41,196 nt of DNA from Geobacteraceae bacterium. Lineage in GTDB: Bacteria > Desulfobacterota > Desulfuromonadia > Geobacterales > Geobacteraceae. Positions within the stretch are counted from its first letter, which is position 1, and each line of letters starts with the position of its first letter. The position numbers were made by a program, and so were the translations under genes. The stretch is from the NCBI GenBank assembly GCA_049301475.1, contig JBAQKZ010000004.1, positions 1-41,196 of the forward strand, written 5' to 3'. A model generated the notes under the pieces. It ran no database searches and was not told where the DNA came from. It saw only the letters and a program-made list of their open reading frames with translations. This document shows positions 25,534-34,172 of the stretch, one piece after another.

Positions 25534-27462
25534 TCAACAGTAAGTTTTTTTCTGGACGGAGCTGCGTTTGATGGCCCCAAGCAGCAGCGTAAGTCTCCGG
25601 ATCTCGGCGGCGCAAAGCCTCCTGTCACGATAGACGGCGCCTGCGTAAATTGCCGCGAATTCCCGCGCCGACGGCTCTTTAATTTTGTAGGCAAGTTCAA
25701 AAATGCCTGTGGAGGGATCGGGCGCAATCCGACATCTTGATGCTATGAGACGAAGGAATTTACGCAGAATACGCTCTTCCGGGGAACGCCTGCGCCATGA
25801 GCGAGGAAAAACAATCATCATTGTCACGACCAGGAGAATGCCGGTGAACAGCGGCAGGTATTTCATGAAGTCGGCGAAGGAGAGCCTTTTCAGCCGGTTA
25901 TTGGCGTTGCTCAACAGTTGCACCTGCTTTTCCAGATCGTAATTGATTACCGCCATGTTCCAGAAATAGCTTAAGGCGTCAAGCGACATGCCGATGCGGC
26001 GGAAGAGACCGGGAGGGGCGGCTTGGCGTATGCCGGCGGAATTAACCGCCCACAGGCTCGGATCAACCGTAACCCATCCTTTGCCGACTAGGTAGACCTC
26101 CACCCAGACGTGCGCCATCGCTTCGGTAACAAGGTAATAGCCACCCACCTCGTTGTACTCACCGCCGTAATAGCCCCCTGCCAGCCGGGACGGCACTCCC
26201 GCCGCCCGCAGAAGCGTGGCCAGTGACGAGGCGAAAAACTCGCAATTCCCCCGCTTTTTGTCGAACAGGAACTGGTCCAGCGGCTCTTTGCCGACCGGCA
26301 GCGTCGTGGTGGCATAGATAAAGCGACCGTTATTGTAAAAGTCCTCCAACAACCGCAACCGACCAACGTCGCTCCCGCCGCGTCTCCCTATTTCCTTGCC
26401 GAGGGCGAGGGTGCGTTGAGAAATCCGTAAAGGGAGCCTCAAATAGAACTCCCTGTCGATCCCCTTCCGGGTCCGGATGCTTGCGCCGGGCAACGATATA
26501 ACCTCGTACCGGCTGCGTCCGGCGCTTGTCCTGCTCCTGGTTAGGACAAAATCGGAACTTGTGCCGGAGCGCACCCCCGAAACCTGGCGCGGGACGTTCA
26601 GGGCAAACAGATACCGCTGTGCCGCCGATTCTGTAAAGATGGTCTGCTGAACTGCCCGGCCGGCGTCAATATAGGCCGTTTCGCCGGGCGGCGGCTCTTT
26701 CCGTATCCAGGCATTGTTGCTGAAGCTGTTGAGAACTATCCCCCGCCAATAGAGCTCTTCTTTCGGAAGCCTTACAGATGCCGCCCGGAACGCCACCCCT
26801 TTTTCTTCACCGATGGAAGCCGCGTTCCCCGGCTGAACCTTTTCGCTGAAACCTGCGCTCTTGCCACCCGTCACATTCAGAAAGTTCCAGAGGGGGGTCT
26901 GTGCCCGCGGCATTATGATGAAAAAAAAGAGCATGAGAGGGAGTGCGGCGGCAGGCATGATGAGCGCAACAGCGAGTATCCTCTTCAAGCCGGACCGGGG
27001 AAGGGAAAGCTCGTGGTCGGTTTCGTAAAAGGTAAGGATGACCAGTGAAACCGCTATCAGGAAAAGGAGCAGGAGAAGGTAGAGGAGGAAAACGGCGTCA
27101 AGAGTCAACAACGAGGAGCCTGCCAGGGCGAATAGCGACAGGGCGAATATCTGTAGATAATTGCGGGCGGATTTCTCACTGACGAGCCGGACGGCCAGGA
27201 GTGTGACCAGGAGATTCATCGCCGGGCCGACCAGATTTGCAGTGCTGAACTGCACTGCATAGTAAATGAAAAAAACAAGCGAAATAATGGTGGGGAATAT
27301 ACCCCTCAGTTGATAGCCGAAACGGTCGGCTAAGAGGCTGCCCGCAAAGGCCGCCGGAAACAGAAACCGGGAGGCGCTGTCCAGGTAGGCAAACAGGGGA
27401 ACGAACCCGATCAGGGCAATGGTACATGAAAGGAGCGTGATGACCGTTCTAATCCGTACCAT
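25534..27462 (-). CDS. Membrane transglutaminase-like protein (TgpA type: polytopic N-terminus plus TGase core)
   Basis: 642 aa with about 6 N-terminal TM helices. The TGase triad context is GNCEFFAS, AHVWVEVY and VTVDPS. There is a C-terminal TM helix. It overlaps the DUF58 stop by 14 nt. Confidence 0.85.
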   Translation of the reverse strand: MVRIRTVITLLSCTIALIGFVPLFAYLDSASRFLFPAAFAGSLLADRFGYQLRGIFPTIISLVFFIYYAVQFSTANLVGPAMNLLVTLLAVRLVSEKSARNYLQIFALSLFALAGSSLLTLDAVFLLYLLLLLFLIAVSLVILTFYETDHELSLPRSGLKRILAVALIMPAAALPLMLFFFIIMPRAQTPLWNFLNVTGGKSAGFSEKVQPGNAASIGEEKGVAFRAASVRLPKEELYWRGIVLNSFSNNAWIRKEPPPGETAYIDAGRAVQQTIFTESAAQRYLFALNVPRQVSGVRSGTSSDFVLTRSRTSAGRSRYEVISLPGASIRTRKGIDREFYLRLPLRISQRTLALGKEIGRRGGSDVGRLRLLEDFYNNGRFIYATTTLPVGKEPLDQFLFDKKRGNCEFFASSLATLLRAAGVPSRLAGGYYGGEYNEVGGYYLVTEAMAHVWVEVYLVGKGWVTVDPSLWAVNSAGIRQAAPPGLFRRIGMSLDALSYFWNMAVINYDLEKQVQLLSNANNRLKRLSFADFMKYLPLFTGILLVVTMMIVFPRSWRRRSPEERILRKFLRLIASRCRIAPDPSTGIFELAYKIKEPSAREFAAIYAGAVYRDRRLCAAEIRRLTLLLGAIKRSSVQKKTYC

Positions 27463-28354
27463 ACAATGCGAGCTCCCTTAACATCCTCAGCCTGTGGGCC
27501 TGCGTGGATGCGGGAGGAATAATCCGCTCTCCCAGTTTCAGGCCGACAGGCCGATTGCCCCTGATCAGACGGTTTATCAGATACACCGCGCAGGAAAGGT
27601 TTTCCTCCGGGTCTCTGCCGGGGAGCGCTGTCAGGTCAATCAGCACCGGCTCCCGGAGTGTGCCGCATAACTCCTTCACCTTGAGCGCCCCATGTTTTGC
27701 CGAAAGCCGCCAGTGGATAAGCTTCAGCGGTTCGCCGCCGGTGTAGTCAACTATCTTTGAAATGTCCCCCTCATACCCCTTGAACGGCGCGGAGAGCGCC
27801 CCGGTACGAAGGCGGCCTTCCGGAGCAAATGCCGCGTGACAGGGGCGCGGGGTGGGAAACACCATAAACCGTTCCTCTATGGGGACGCGTTGACGGCGGA
27901 CAAAGAAGTTTACGGGAAACACCGAAGAGATTTCGCCGTCGCCTACAGCCGCCATCCCCCTGACCGGGAAACGGTATGGACAGGAGAAGTAGTCCTCCAC
28001 CGAGACGGGAAGCACCGGAAACAGAGATGACTCGTCACGGATCGTAAACCGGATGAGAAAGGATGGGAAAAAGCGCTTGCGGTTGGTCAGACGCACCGTC
28101 AGGAGGGTGTCAACTCCCGCGTAAATTTCGCCGGGCAGTGTCGGGACAACTGAGATATCCCTTATATTCAGCCAGCCGATAATGCCGGAAACCGCCATGA
28201 AGCCGAGGAGTGCGGCCACAATAAGGAAGAGGAGGTTGTTGCCGGTATTGACCGCTGCAAACCCGAGCAGCAGGGTAATGGCGATGTAAAAGCCGCCAGC
28301 TGGGGTCAGGGTCAGACCAGCGGCACGGGAATGTTTCTTAGAATAGAGCTTAAT
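27449..28354 (-). CDS. DUF58-family protein (start uncertain; proposed AUU at 28354)
   Basis: The track ORF starts at GTG 28219. The conserved N-terminal TM/NTGNNLLFL segment is encoded upstream, in the same open frame. An in-frame ATT at 28354 is preceded by AAGGAGGA. The gene is a MoxR partner. Confidence 0.8.
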   Translation of the reverse strand: MKLYSKKHSRAAGLTLTPAGGFYIAITLLLGFAAVNTGNNLLFLIVAALLGFMAVSGIIGWLNIRDISVVPTLPGEIYAGVDTLLTVRLTNRKRFFPSFLIRFTIRDESSLFPVLPVSVEDYFSCPYRFPVRGMAAVGDGEISSVFPVNFFVRRQRVPIEERFMVFPTPRPCHAAFAPEGRLRTGALSAPFKGYEGDISKIVDYTGGEPLKLIHWRLSAKHGALKVKELCGTLREPVLIDLTALPGRDPEENLSCAVYLINRLIRGNRPVGLKLGERIIPPASTQAHRLRMLRELALYGTD

Positions 28355-29253
28355 AGCTCCTCCTTGTTCAGAGTCGTCTGTTCCGGCGGGCAGGTCAAGC
28401 GGTGGGCGCCTACGGGAATGGCCACCTCCTTGACATCCTCGGGCGCCACGTAATCCCTCCCCTCCAGATAGGCGTTTACCCTGGCCGCATCAAGCAGGTT
28501 GATGCCTCCACGGGTAGAGAGCCCCGTGAGGATCAATGCATGCGCCCTTGTGGCGTTGACAATGGCGAACAGGTAGTCGATCACCTTGTCCGAGACATAG
28601 ACATGCTCCCGCACCGCCCGCCGGGCCTCCAGAATATCCTCCAGCTTCAGCATGGGAAGGATATCCTTGAGGTCGTCGCGTATGCTGCCATACTTGATGA
28701 TGGACTTTTCGATCATCTCCGGCGGGTATCCGATTCCGGTACAGATGAGGAACCGGTCCAACTGTGATTCGGGAAGCGGGTAGGTCCCCACCTGTTCCGC
28801 GGGGTTCTGTGTGGCGATCACAAGGAACGGTTCGGGCAAGGGATAGGTTACCCCTTCCACGGTGACGCGCCTCTCTTCCATGGCTTCCAGCAAGGCGCTC
28901 TGGGTCTTTGGCATGGCGCGGTTGATTTCGTCCAGAAGGACGATGTTATTGAAGATCGGCCCCTTGACGAAACGGAACCGGCTGTCGTCCCGGTCAAAGA
29001 TGGAAAGGCCGGTGATGTCCGAGGGGAGAATGTCACTGGTGCACTGAATTCTGCCGAACGACAGGCCGAGTGCGTTCGCAAGGGCAAGTGCCAGGGTAGT
29101 CTTGCCGAGACCCGGAATATCCTCCAAAAGGATGTGACCGCCTGCCAGGAGGGTGGAAATTACCAGCCTTATGGCCCGTACCTTACCCTTCAGATAGCTC
29201 GATGAAAGGGTATCTATCACAGCGAGTATTTCGGTTCGCTTTGGCAGCTCCAT
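28312..29253 (-). CDS. MoxR-family AAA+ ATPase
   Basis: 313 aa with Walker A GLGKTT, Walker B LLDEINR and the motif ATQNP. Confidence 0.95.
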   Translation of the reverse strand: MELPKRTEILAVIDTLSSSYLKGKVRAIRLVISTLLAGGHILLEDIPGLGKTTLALALANALGLSFGRIQCTSDILPSDITGLSIFDRDDSRFRFVKGPIFNNIVLLDEINRAMPKTQSALLEAMEERRVTVEGVTYPLPEPFLVIATQNPAEQVGTYPLPESQLDRFLICTGIGYPPEMIEKSIIKYGSIRDDLKDILPMLKLEDILEARRAVREHVYVSDKVIDYLFAIVNATRAHALILTGLSTRGGINLLDAARVNAYLEGRDYVAPEDVKEVAIPVGAHRLTCPPEQTTLNKEELLSSILRNIPVPLV

Positions 29254-29419
29254 GTATTGCCCCGGTTCCTTTCCGATTCAATTCTATCACAATTTCTGCC
29301 CCTGTAATTGCCCTGGAGTTATGACAGCCGCCGGTTTTGTATCAGCGGCCGTCTGTGCCGTGCGATCCCTCTGGTGCTGGTGTTGTCGGTGAGTTTGGCG
29401 GCAATAATATCACACAAGA

Positions 29420-31393
29420 TCATTTTGTTGCGAAGCAGATTTTACTCCCCACTTCAGCAACAGCATGGGTTAAGGCAGTACGGGCAGCATCAATCATGTC
29501 GCTGGGTGAATCCCCATGTTCCGGAAAGGAAGCGATACCTATGCTGGTGGTCACAGCTTCCGAATGCGGGGCGCCATTGCCGCCCCCCAGTTCTTTACTC
29601 ACCATGAGCTCAATCCGTTCGGCAACGACCAGAGCGTCCTTCGCCGGCGTCTCCGGCAAAATCAAGAAAAACTCCGCTTCGCTGGCGCGCCCGACCAGAT
29701 CGATGTCGCGTAGTGACGAGTCGAGAATCCGTGCCATCTTCTTGACGACACCATTGCCGTGAGCCCTTCCGTGGGCTTCATTGTAGGAGTTGAAATCGTC
29801 CAGGCTGACGATCATCAGGGTGAGGTTCAGATTATGGCGTAGTGAGCGACTCAATTCCTCGTTGAGCCGCTTTTTTATGAAACGTATGTTGTACAGGCTG
29901 GTCAACGAATCGGTAACGGTGTTCAGTCTGGCCTTTTTGAGGGTAGTGGCGCGCTCCAGGATGACCGTGGCTTGTTCAGTGAAACTGGACAGGATATCCT
30001 GATCGGCAGGAGTGAACGGCGCGTTGTTCTTCTTGTCGGCGAGATTTAGGACGCCGATGGTCTTACCCTTGAAGCGAAGGGGGAGACTGATGCACGATCT
30101 GGAGGCGAACCTGATCCAGTTCTGCCTCCCAACCTGAGGTTCCTGTTCGATGTCCCTTATTAAAAGCGGTATGCCGCTGACCGCCACCCTGCCGGCGATC
30201 CCTTCTCCCATAGTGGCTGAAAGTTTACGCGCCACGAGGAGATGCATCCCGAGAGCCGAGACAACGCGTAACTCCTTTTTTTTCTTATCAATGATCATTA
30301 GCGAGCCTTTTGATGCACCGACCAACTCAGCAGACATCTCCATGATCAGGCGGAGCAGATCATCCTGGCTTTCCGTCAGTACCAGGGTACGGATCATTTC
30401 GAGCAGCCTTACGACGCGCTGCTGGCGCCTGGTATCCAAGTCCATGATCGTCTCCTTCAGCTTTTCTACAAGCTTATCGGTGAGAAGTTCGGCAAGGGCG
30501 AGTTCGTTACTGTTAAAAAGGACGTCAAACAGCGCCACCATGCCGAAAAGCTCGGCATCGTCGGCGAGTGGGAGACATACTGCGCTGGCCGCATCCGTCC
30601 CGGGGAACAATTCCCGTAATTCGTCTCCGCTCAGGAATGTCGGGACGTAGTTGTTTTCCTGAAAAGGGAGTGTCTGCCCGGTTAGGTAGGAAGGTCCGGA
30701 GAACGCTCCCCAGCAGGTCTCTATAAGCCAGCATGCACTTTCATCGTCCCTGCGGACGAGGGTGATCGCGGGAACATCTAACAGTATGCCAAGCGTTTCG
30801 CTAAACAGCGCGATCGCCCTGTCAAAACTCTCCGCAATCCTGATTGCTGCGGCTATATCCGCAAAGGCGTCCTCTAAATGGCTACCGGCACCAGCCACCG
30901 GCATCTTCTCACCGGTCGTGAACGATGCGATGAGGCGCTCCGTCTTCAGGATCGTTTCTCTGAACTCTTCCTCGGTGCTGACCGGGAACTTTTCCAGCTG
31001 TTCCAGCAACTCGAAAGGATCTATGTTTTCCCTGTTTTTCAGGTCTTCAAACTGCTCAGAACCGAATAAGTAAAGATCGAACAGGTTCTCGCGCACCCCG
31101 CCACACACCAGGCAGGAATCGGCGGATATGGGGATGGCAAAAGCCAGCATCCCTAGCGGGCAGCGAAAAAAAACCGGCTCCCTGCCGGTCAGGGCATCTT
31201 TTATTGCGCAATTCACGGATGGCAGGCATATCTTATGACAGAGGTGGGGGATGCCGCGCGTTCCGCAAAGGTGCCTGTTGACCTTGCCAGGCGCGGGATC
31301 CGCGACCAATGGATGTATGGACAGGCAGTAGTTTTCCAACAACGGCGTATTCTTCAGGTAGCTTAATAACGGCTCTGACTGCTGTGAAGTCAT
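29420..31393 (-). CDS. PocR-like Cys-rich sensor - GAF - GAF - GGDEF-domain protein with degenerate active site (SEAEF)
   Basis: 657 aa. The N-terminus has FRCPLGMLAFAIPI plus many Cys. The middle has GAF signatures. The C-terminal GGDEF fold reads RDID-LVGRA-SEAEF. Confidence 0.9.
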   Translation of the reverse strand: MTSQQSEPLLSYLKNTPLLENYCLSIHPLVADPAPGKVNRHLCGTRGIPHLCHKICLPSVNCAIKDALTGREPVFFRCPLGMLAFAIPISADSCLVCGGVRENLFDLYLFGSEQFEDLKNRENIDPFELLEQLEKFPVSTEEEFRETILKTERLIASFTTGEKMPVAGAGSHLEDAFADIAAAIRIAESFDRAIALFSETLGILLDVPAITLVRRDDESACWLIETCWGAFSGPSYLTGQTLPFQENNYVPTFLSGDELRELFPGTDAASAVCLPLADDAELFGMVALFDVLFNSNELALAELLTDKLVEKLKETIMDLDTRRQQRVVRLLEMIRTLVLTESQDDLLRLIMEMSAELVGASKGSLMIIDKKKKELRVVSALGMHLLVARKLSATMGEGIAGRVAVSGIPLLIRDIEQEPQVGRQNWIRFASRSCISLPLRFKGKTIGVLNLADKKNNAPFTPADQDILSSFTEQATVILERATTLKKARLNTVTDSLTSLYNIRFIKKRLNEELSRSLRHNLNLTLMIVSLDDFNSYNEAHGRAHGNGVVKKMARILDSSLRDIDLVGRASEAEFFLILPETPAKDALVVAERIELMVSKELGGGNGAPHSEAVTTSIGIASFPEHGDSPSDMIDAARTALTHAVAEVGSKICFATK

Positions 31394-31636
31394 GATTTGG
31401 CGGCCTCCTTAGATAACATAAAAAGCGATCAGGCAAGCACCGGACATCAGGCATGCTACACTAATATCACGTGCATTTCAACGTGCCAATGAGGTTGGCA
31501 GTGACTCAGGTTCTTGCGATGCTGGTAAGTCGGTTGCTAATCTTAAAATGTTGACTAAGAAAGAGCGTAATTAGCTGAGGGTAAGGTAACCGGTGAGAAG
31601 CCGAAGGCAGTCCATGAAATTCCGCCCGGCCTGGGA

Positions 31637-31942
31637 ATGGGAGAGTCTCTACCGCTCTTAACCCCGAAAGTGGAAAAATCGGAGCATACGCCCGGTGAGC
31701 GCACCCAGCCTGAAAAGTATGAAAAACTGAAGGCCAGAATGCTGATCTACTGGGGATGCGGGGAAAACATCGGCAAAGGCCAGCCCAAGGTGCTAGATAC
31801 CGTAAAGATGAGCATGTCTGAGTTCGGCAAGGCCTTTGCCGGTCGCGGGCCGACCCATAAGGCCCCGCCGTCGCCTCGCAAACTCAATACAAAAAGCCCG
31901 CTTGATTTAAGTCCGTTAGCATGGTATAACTTCTCCAAATAG
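31637..31942 (+). CDS. Hypothetical 101-aa ORF, possibly a gene fragment
   Basis: Open frame with a coding-like core (ARMLIYWGCGENIGKGQPKVLD...). There is no clear RBS and no recognised family. Its 3' end overlaps a good promoter. Confidence 0.25.
   Translation: MGESLPLLTPKVEKSEHTPGERTQPEKYEKLKARMLIYWGCGENIGKGQPKVLDTVKMSMSEFGKAFAGRGPTHKAPPSPRKLNTKSPLDLSPLAWYNFSK
31902..31930 (+). promoter_or_regulatory. Sigma70 promoter with extended -10, driving the candidate sRNA
   Basis: TTGATT (31902-31907), a 17-nt spacer, then TGgTATAAC (31922-31930). Confidence 0.5.
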
Positions 31943-32162
31943 ATTGTCTCTCTGCTGTGCGCGTGAGGTTTTTAAAGCCCAGGCGGAATACTCATTTGCA
32001 CGGGAGCCTTGCGAAGTCGTGGTGTGCTGCCCCTTTACGCGGGATTTGCCTGAAGCGGCTCCAAGTGTCCCACTTTTTAGGGAACTCGCTCGGAGGCCCT
32101 GTAACCAACGGCATGGCGGAGAGACAAGCTAAGGGGGGCTGATTACAGCCCCTTTTTATTTT
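31937..32162 (+). ncRNA. Candidate structured small RNA (~190 nt body plus terminator), 6S-like rod architecture
   Basis: A 17-bp closing helix pairs 31944-31960 with 32111-32127. Inner helices include GGAGCC/GGCTCC (32003-32008 against 32057-32062). An asymmetric internal bubble carries a small 3'-side hairpin (TCCC..GGGA). There is no convincing ORF, and the unit is bounded by its own promoter and terminator. Confidence 0.5.
32133..32162 (+). terminator. Rho-independent terminator
   Basis: GGGGCTG (32135-32141), loop ATTA, CAGCCCC (32146-32152), followed by TTTTTATTTT. Confidence 0.75.
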
Positions 32163-32502
32163 ACTCAACTTTGGGCTTGTTTTATTTCGTCGCAGGTCGC
32201 ATAAAGCAGGGTACCTAGCGTCCTTGGGTCTGCCGTGGTTCTCTTGCCTATCTCCAAGATGACGTAGCGACCGGTATTGTGATCGTGTACGCGGGCCAGC
32301 AGTTCAACATGCTTGCTCCGATATCTCAGGAACAAGGTGTCCTCAACAATCAATACCTTGCGGGTCGATTCTCAGTCCTCGCCGCCCTGATTTCTACAAG
32401 ACCTGACATATCATGTGCTCGTGACACGCCCGCGCAAAGTCACTCCTCCTTGCAAATTCGCCTGAAATTTGAATTAGTACCCAAAAATACTCTTGGGGAG
32501 CC

Positions 32503-33087
32503 GTGAACGCCACTACGTTTTTTACAACATTCGGCATTATCTTTCTGGCGGAACTGGGGGACAAAACCCAGTTGACCGCAATGGCGCTTGCCACAAGGCA
32601 TCCCTGGCGTAAAATATTCGTCGGCATCGCGCTGGCCTTTGCCCTGCTCAACCTGGGAGCCGTGCTTGTAGGCAAGCTGCTGTTCGCGTTTCTCCCCCTG
32701 TTCTGGATCATGCTCGTCTCCGGCGTTTTGTTCCTGTTTTTTGGCGTGAACACCATACGGACCAGCGGATACGATTCGGAGAAGGAGACGACCGGGGAGC
32801 AGCGGATCAGAGCGATGGGGCCGATAGTGACATCATTTTTCATGATCCTGCTGGCGGAACTGGGGGACAAGACCCAATTGCTCACCACGAGCCTGGCGGC
32901 CCAGCATGACTCCCAACTAATGGTCTTCGCGGGTTCGACCCTTGCCCTCTGGACGGTTTCCCTGATCGGCATATTCGCTGGAAAACAACTGACACGCTTC
33001 ATATCACTCTCCACCATCCACAAGGCGGCGGGCTGCCTCTTCATAGTATTCGGCCTGGCCATCCTATGTCGGTTATCACTCCACTAA
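32503..33087 (+). CDS. GDT1/TMEM165 (UPF0016) family cation transporter
   Basis: 194 aa with two copies of the signature E-L-G-D-K-T-Q-L. GTG start after GGGGAG. Confidence 0.9.
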   Translation: MNATTFFTTFGIIFLAELGDKTQLTAMALATRHPWRKIFVGIALAFALLNLGAVLVGKLLFAFLPLFWIMLVSGVLFLFFGVNTIRTSGYDSEKETTGEQRIRAMGPIVTSFFMILLAELGDKTQLLTTSLAAQHDSQLMVFAGSTLALWTVSLIGIFAGKQLTRFISLSTIHKAAGCLFIVFGLAILCRLSLH

Positions 33088-33155
33088 CCGCCGGTTGCAA
33101 TTTAGGCCGTCTCGACTTACAATAATTCGCATAAATAAGCCTGACAGGGACCCTG

Positions 33156-34004
33156 ATGTCCAACCGGTTCATCGAAAAAGCCTTTCTCTATCTGCTCGTC
33201 TTTTCTCTTCTGCTGCATGCGGCCGTCTTTGTTCTGCTGGATGTTTTCGCCGATAAACCGACAGTGGCCCGCCAGGAGCCGGTGATGGTGGATCTGCAGG
33301 AAATGCCGGAAAGCGTCCAGCCTACGGCAAAGCCTGACAAAAAGCCTCGCAGACTGGATGAAAAGCGTCGGCGCGTTCCAAGGGAAGTGTTTCCGGAAGG
33401 TAAGATGGCGCGGGACAAAAGCGCCACTCTGCCGAAGCCGCCGACTTATGCTGTGCCGGAGCAGCGAAGGGGTGAGCAAAGTGTTGCACAGCCACGTGAG
33501 GGGGAAAGGCCGCAGTCCCGTGAGCCGCCTCGTGTGGAGAGCCTTGTACGCCCAGATTGGCAAAGAGAAGAAAAGCTGTCGAAGTTGCTTCCAAGCGCTG
33601 AGAAGATGGCCAAGCTGGAAGAGAATTACCGCAAAAAGTTCGAGTCGGAGATAGCAGAGGGAGAGGCGAAGTTTCTCAATACCGATGATTTCCTGTTCGG
33701 CTCCTTCCTGCGCCGGTTCGAGACAGCGGTGTACGGAATCTGGAGATATCCGTCGGAAGCGGAACGATTGGGGATCGAAGGAGTGACGCCGGTGAAGATC
33801 ACCTTCAACCGCAAGGGAAATATAGAAAAGATGGAAATATTGGAGAGTTCGGGGAGCAGAATCCTTGATGACGAGGTATTGAGGACCCTGCGCATGGTAG
33901 GACCCATTGGCTCCTTCCCTAGGGGGTATGACAAGGAGCATTTCAACCTGATCGCTTTTTTTCGGTATGATATTTTCCGGGGTGGAAGTCGCACACTTCG
34001 CTGA
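33156..34004 (+). CDS. TonB-family energy transducer
   Basis: 282 aa with an N-terminal TM helix, a charged Pro/Lys/Glu-rich spacer and a C-terminal TonB domain (GIEGVTPVKITFNRKGNIEKMEILESSG...LDDEVLR). Confidence 0.8.
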   Translation: MSNRFIEKAFLYLLVFSLLLHAAVFVLLDVFADKPTVARQEPVMVDLQEMPESVQPTAKPDKKPRRLDEKRRRVPREVFPEGKMARDKSATLPKPPTYAVPEQRRGEQSVAQPREGERPQSREPPRVESLVRPDWQREEKLSKLLPSAEKMAKLEENYRKKFESEIAEGEAKFLNTDDFLFGSFLRRFETAVYGIWRYPSEAERLGIEGVTPVKITFNRKGNIEKMEILESSGSRILDDEVLRTLRMVGPIGSFPRGYDKEHFNLIAFFRYDIFRGGSRTLR

Positions 34005-34096
34005 TAAGGGGCATGGTTTTGACCCGCAGGTTTTTTGGGTGGGTCGTAAACCATGTTGAAATAGTCCGTCAACTGCTGCATCTAGGCCAATGCCTC

Positions 34097-34125
34097 TTGA
34101 CTGTTAAAAAGTAAAGCTGTAGTTT
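34097..34125 (+). promoter_or_regulatory. Candidate sigma70 promoter for iorAB
   Basis: TTGACT (34097-34102), a 17-nt spacer, then TAGTTT (34120-34125). Confidence 0.3.
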
Positions 34126-34172
34126 CCATCCGGAATTCCCGGACGATAAACCAGCCCAAAAGGAATTGCCTG

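Noticed and set aside
31560-31640. A cobalamin-riboswitch-like string (GGGTAAGGTAACCGGTGAGAAGCCGAAGGCAGTCC).
   Set aside because: There is only a loose resemblance to the GGGAA...GGUGAAAAUCC...GC core. No B12 box is present and there is no plausible regulated downstream gene. Treated as chance similarity pending an Rfam scan.
32165-32353. 62-aa minus-strand ORF (TTG start) (M)IVEDTLFLRYRSKHVELLARVHDHNTGRYVILEIGKR..., considered as a possible toxin-antitoxin or small regulatory protein.
   Set aside because: No family could be recognised and no RBS is evident. The stop abuts the plus-strand terminator. It could be real, but the sequence alone does not support a call.
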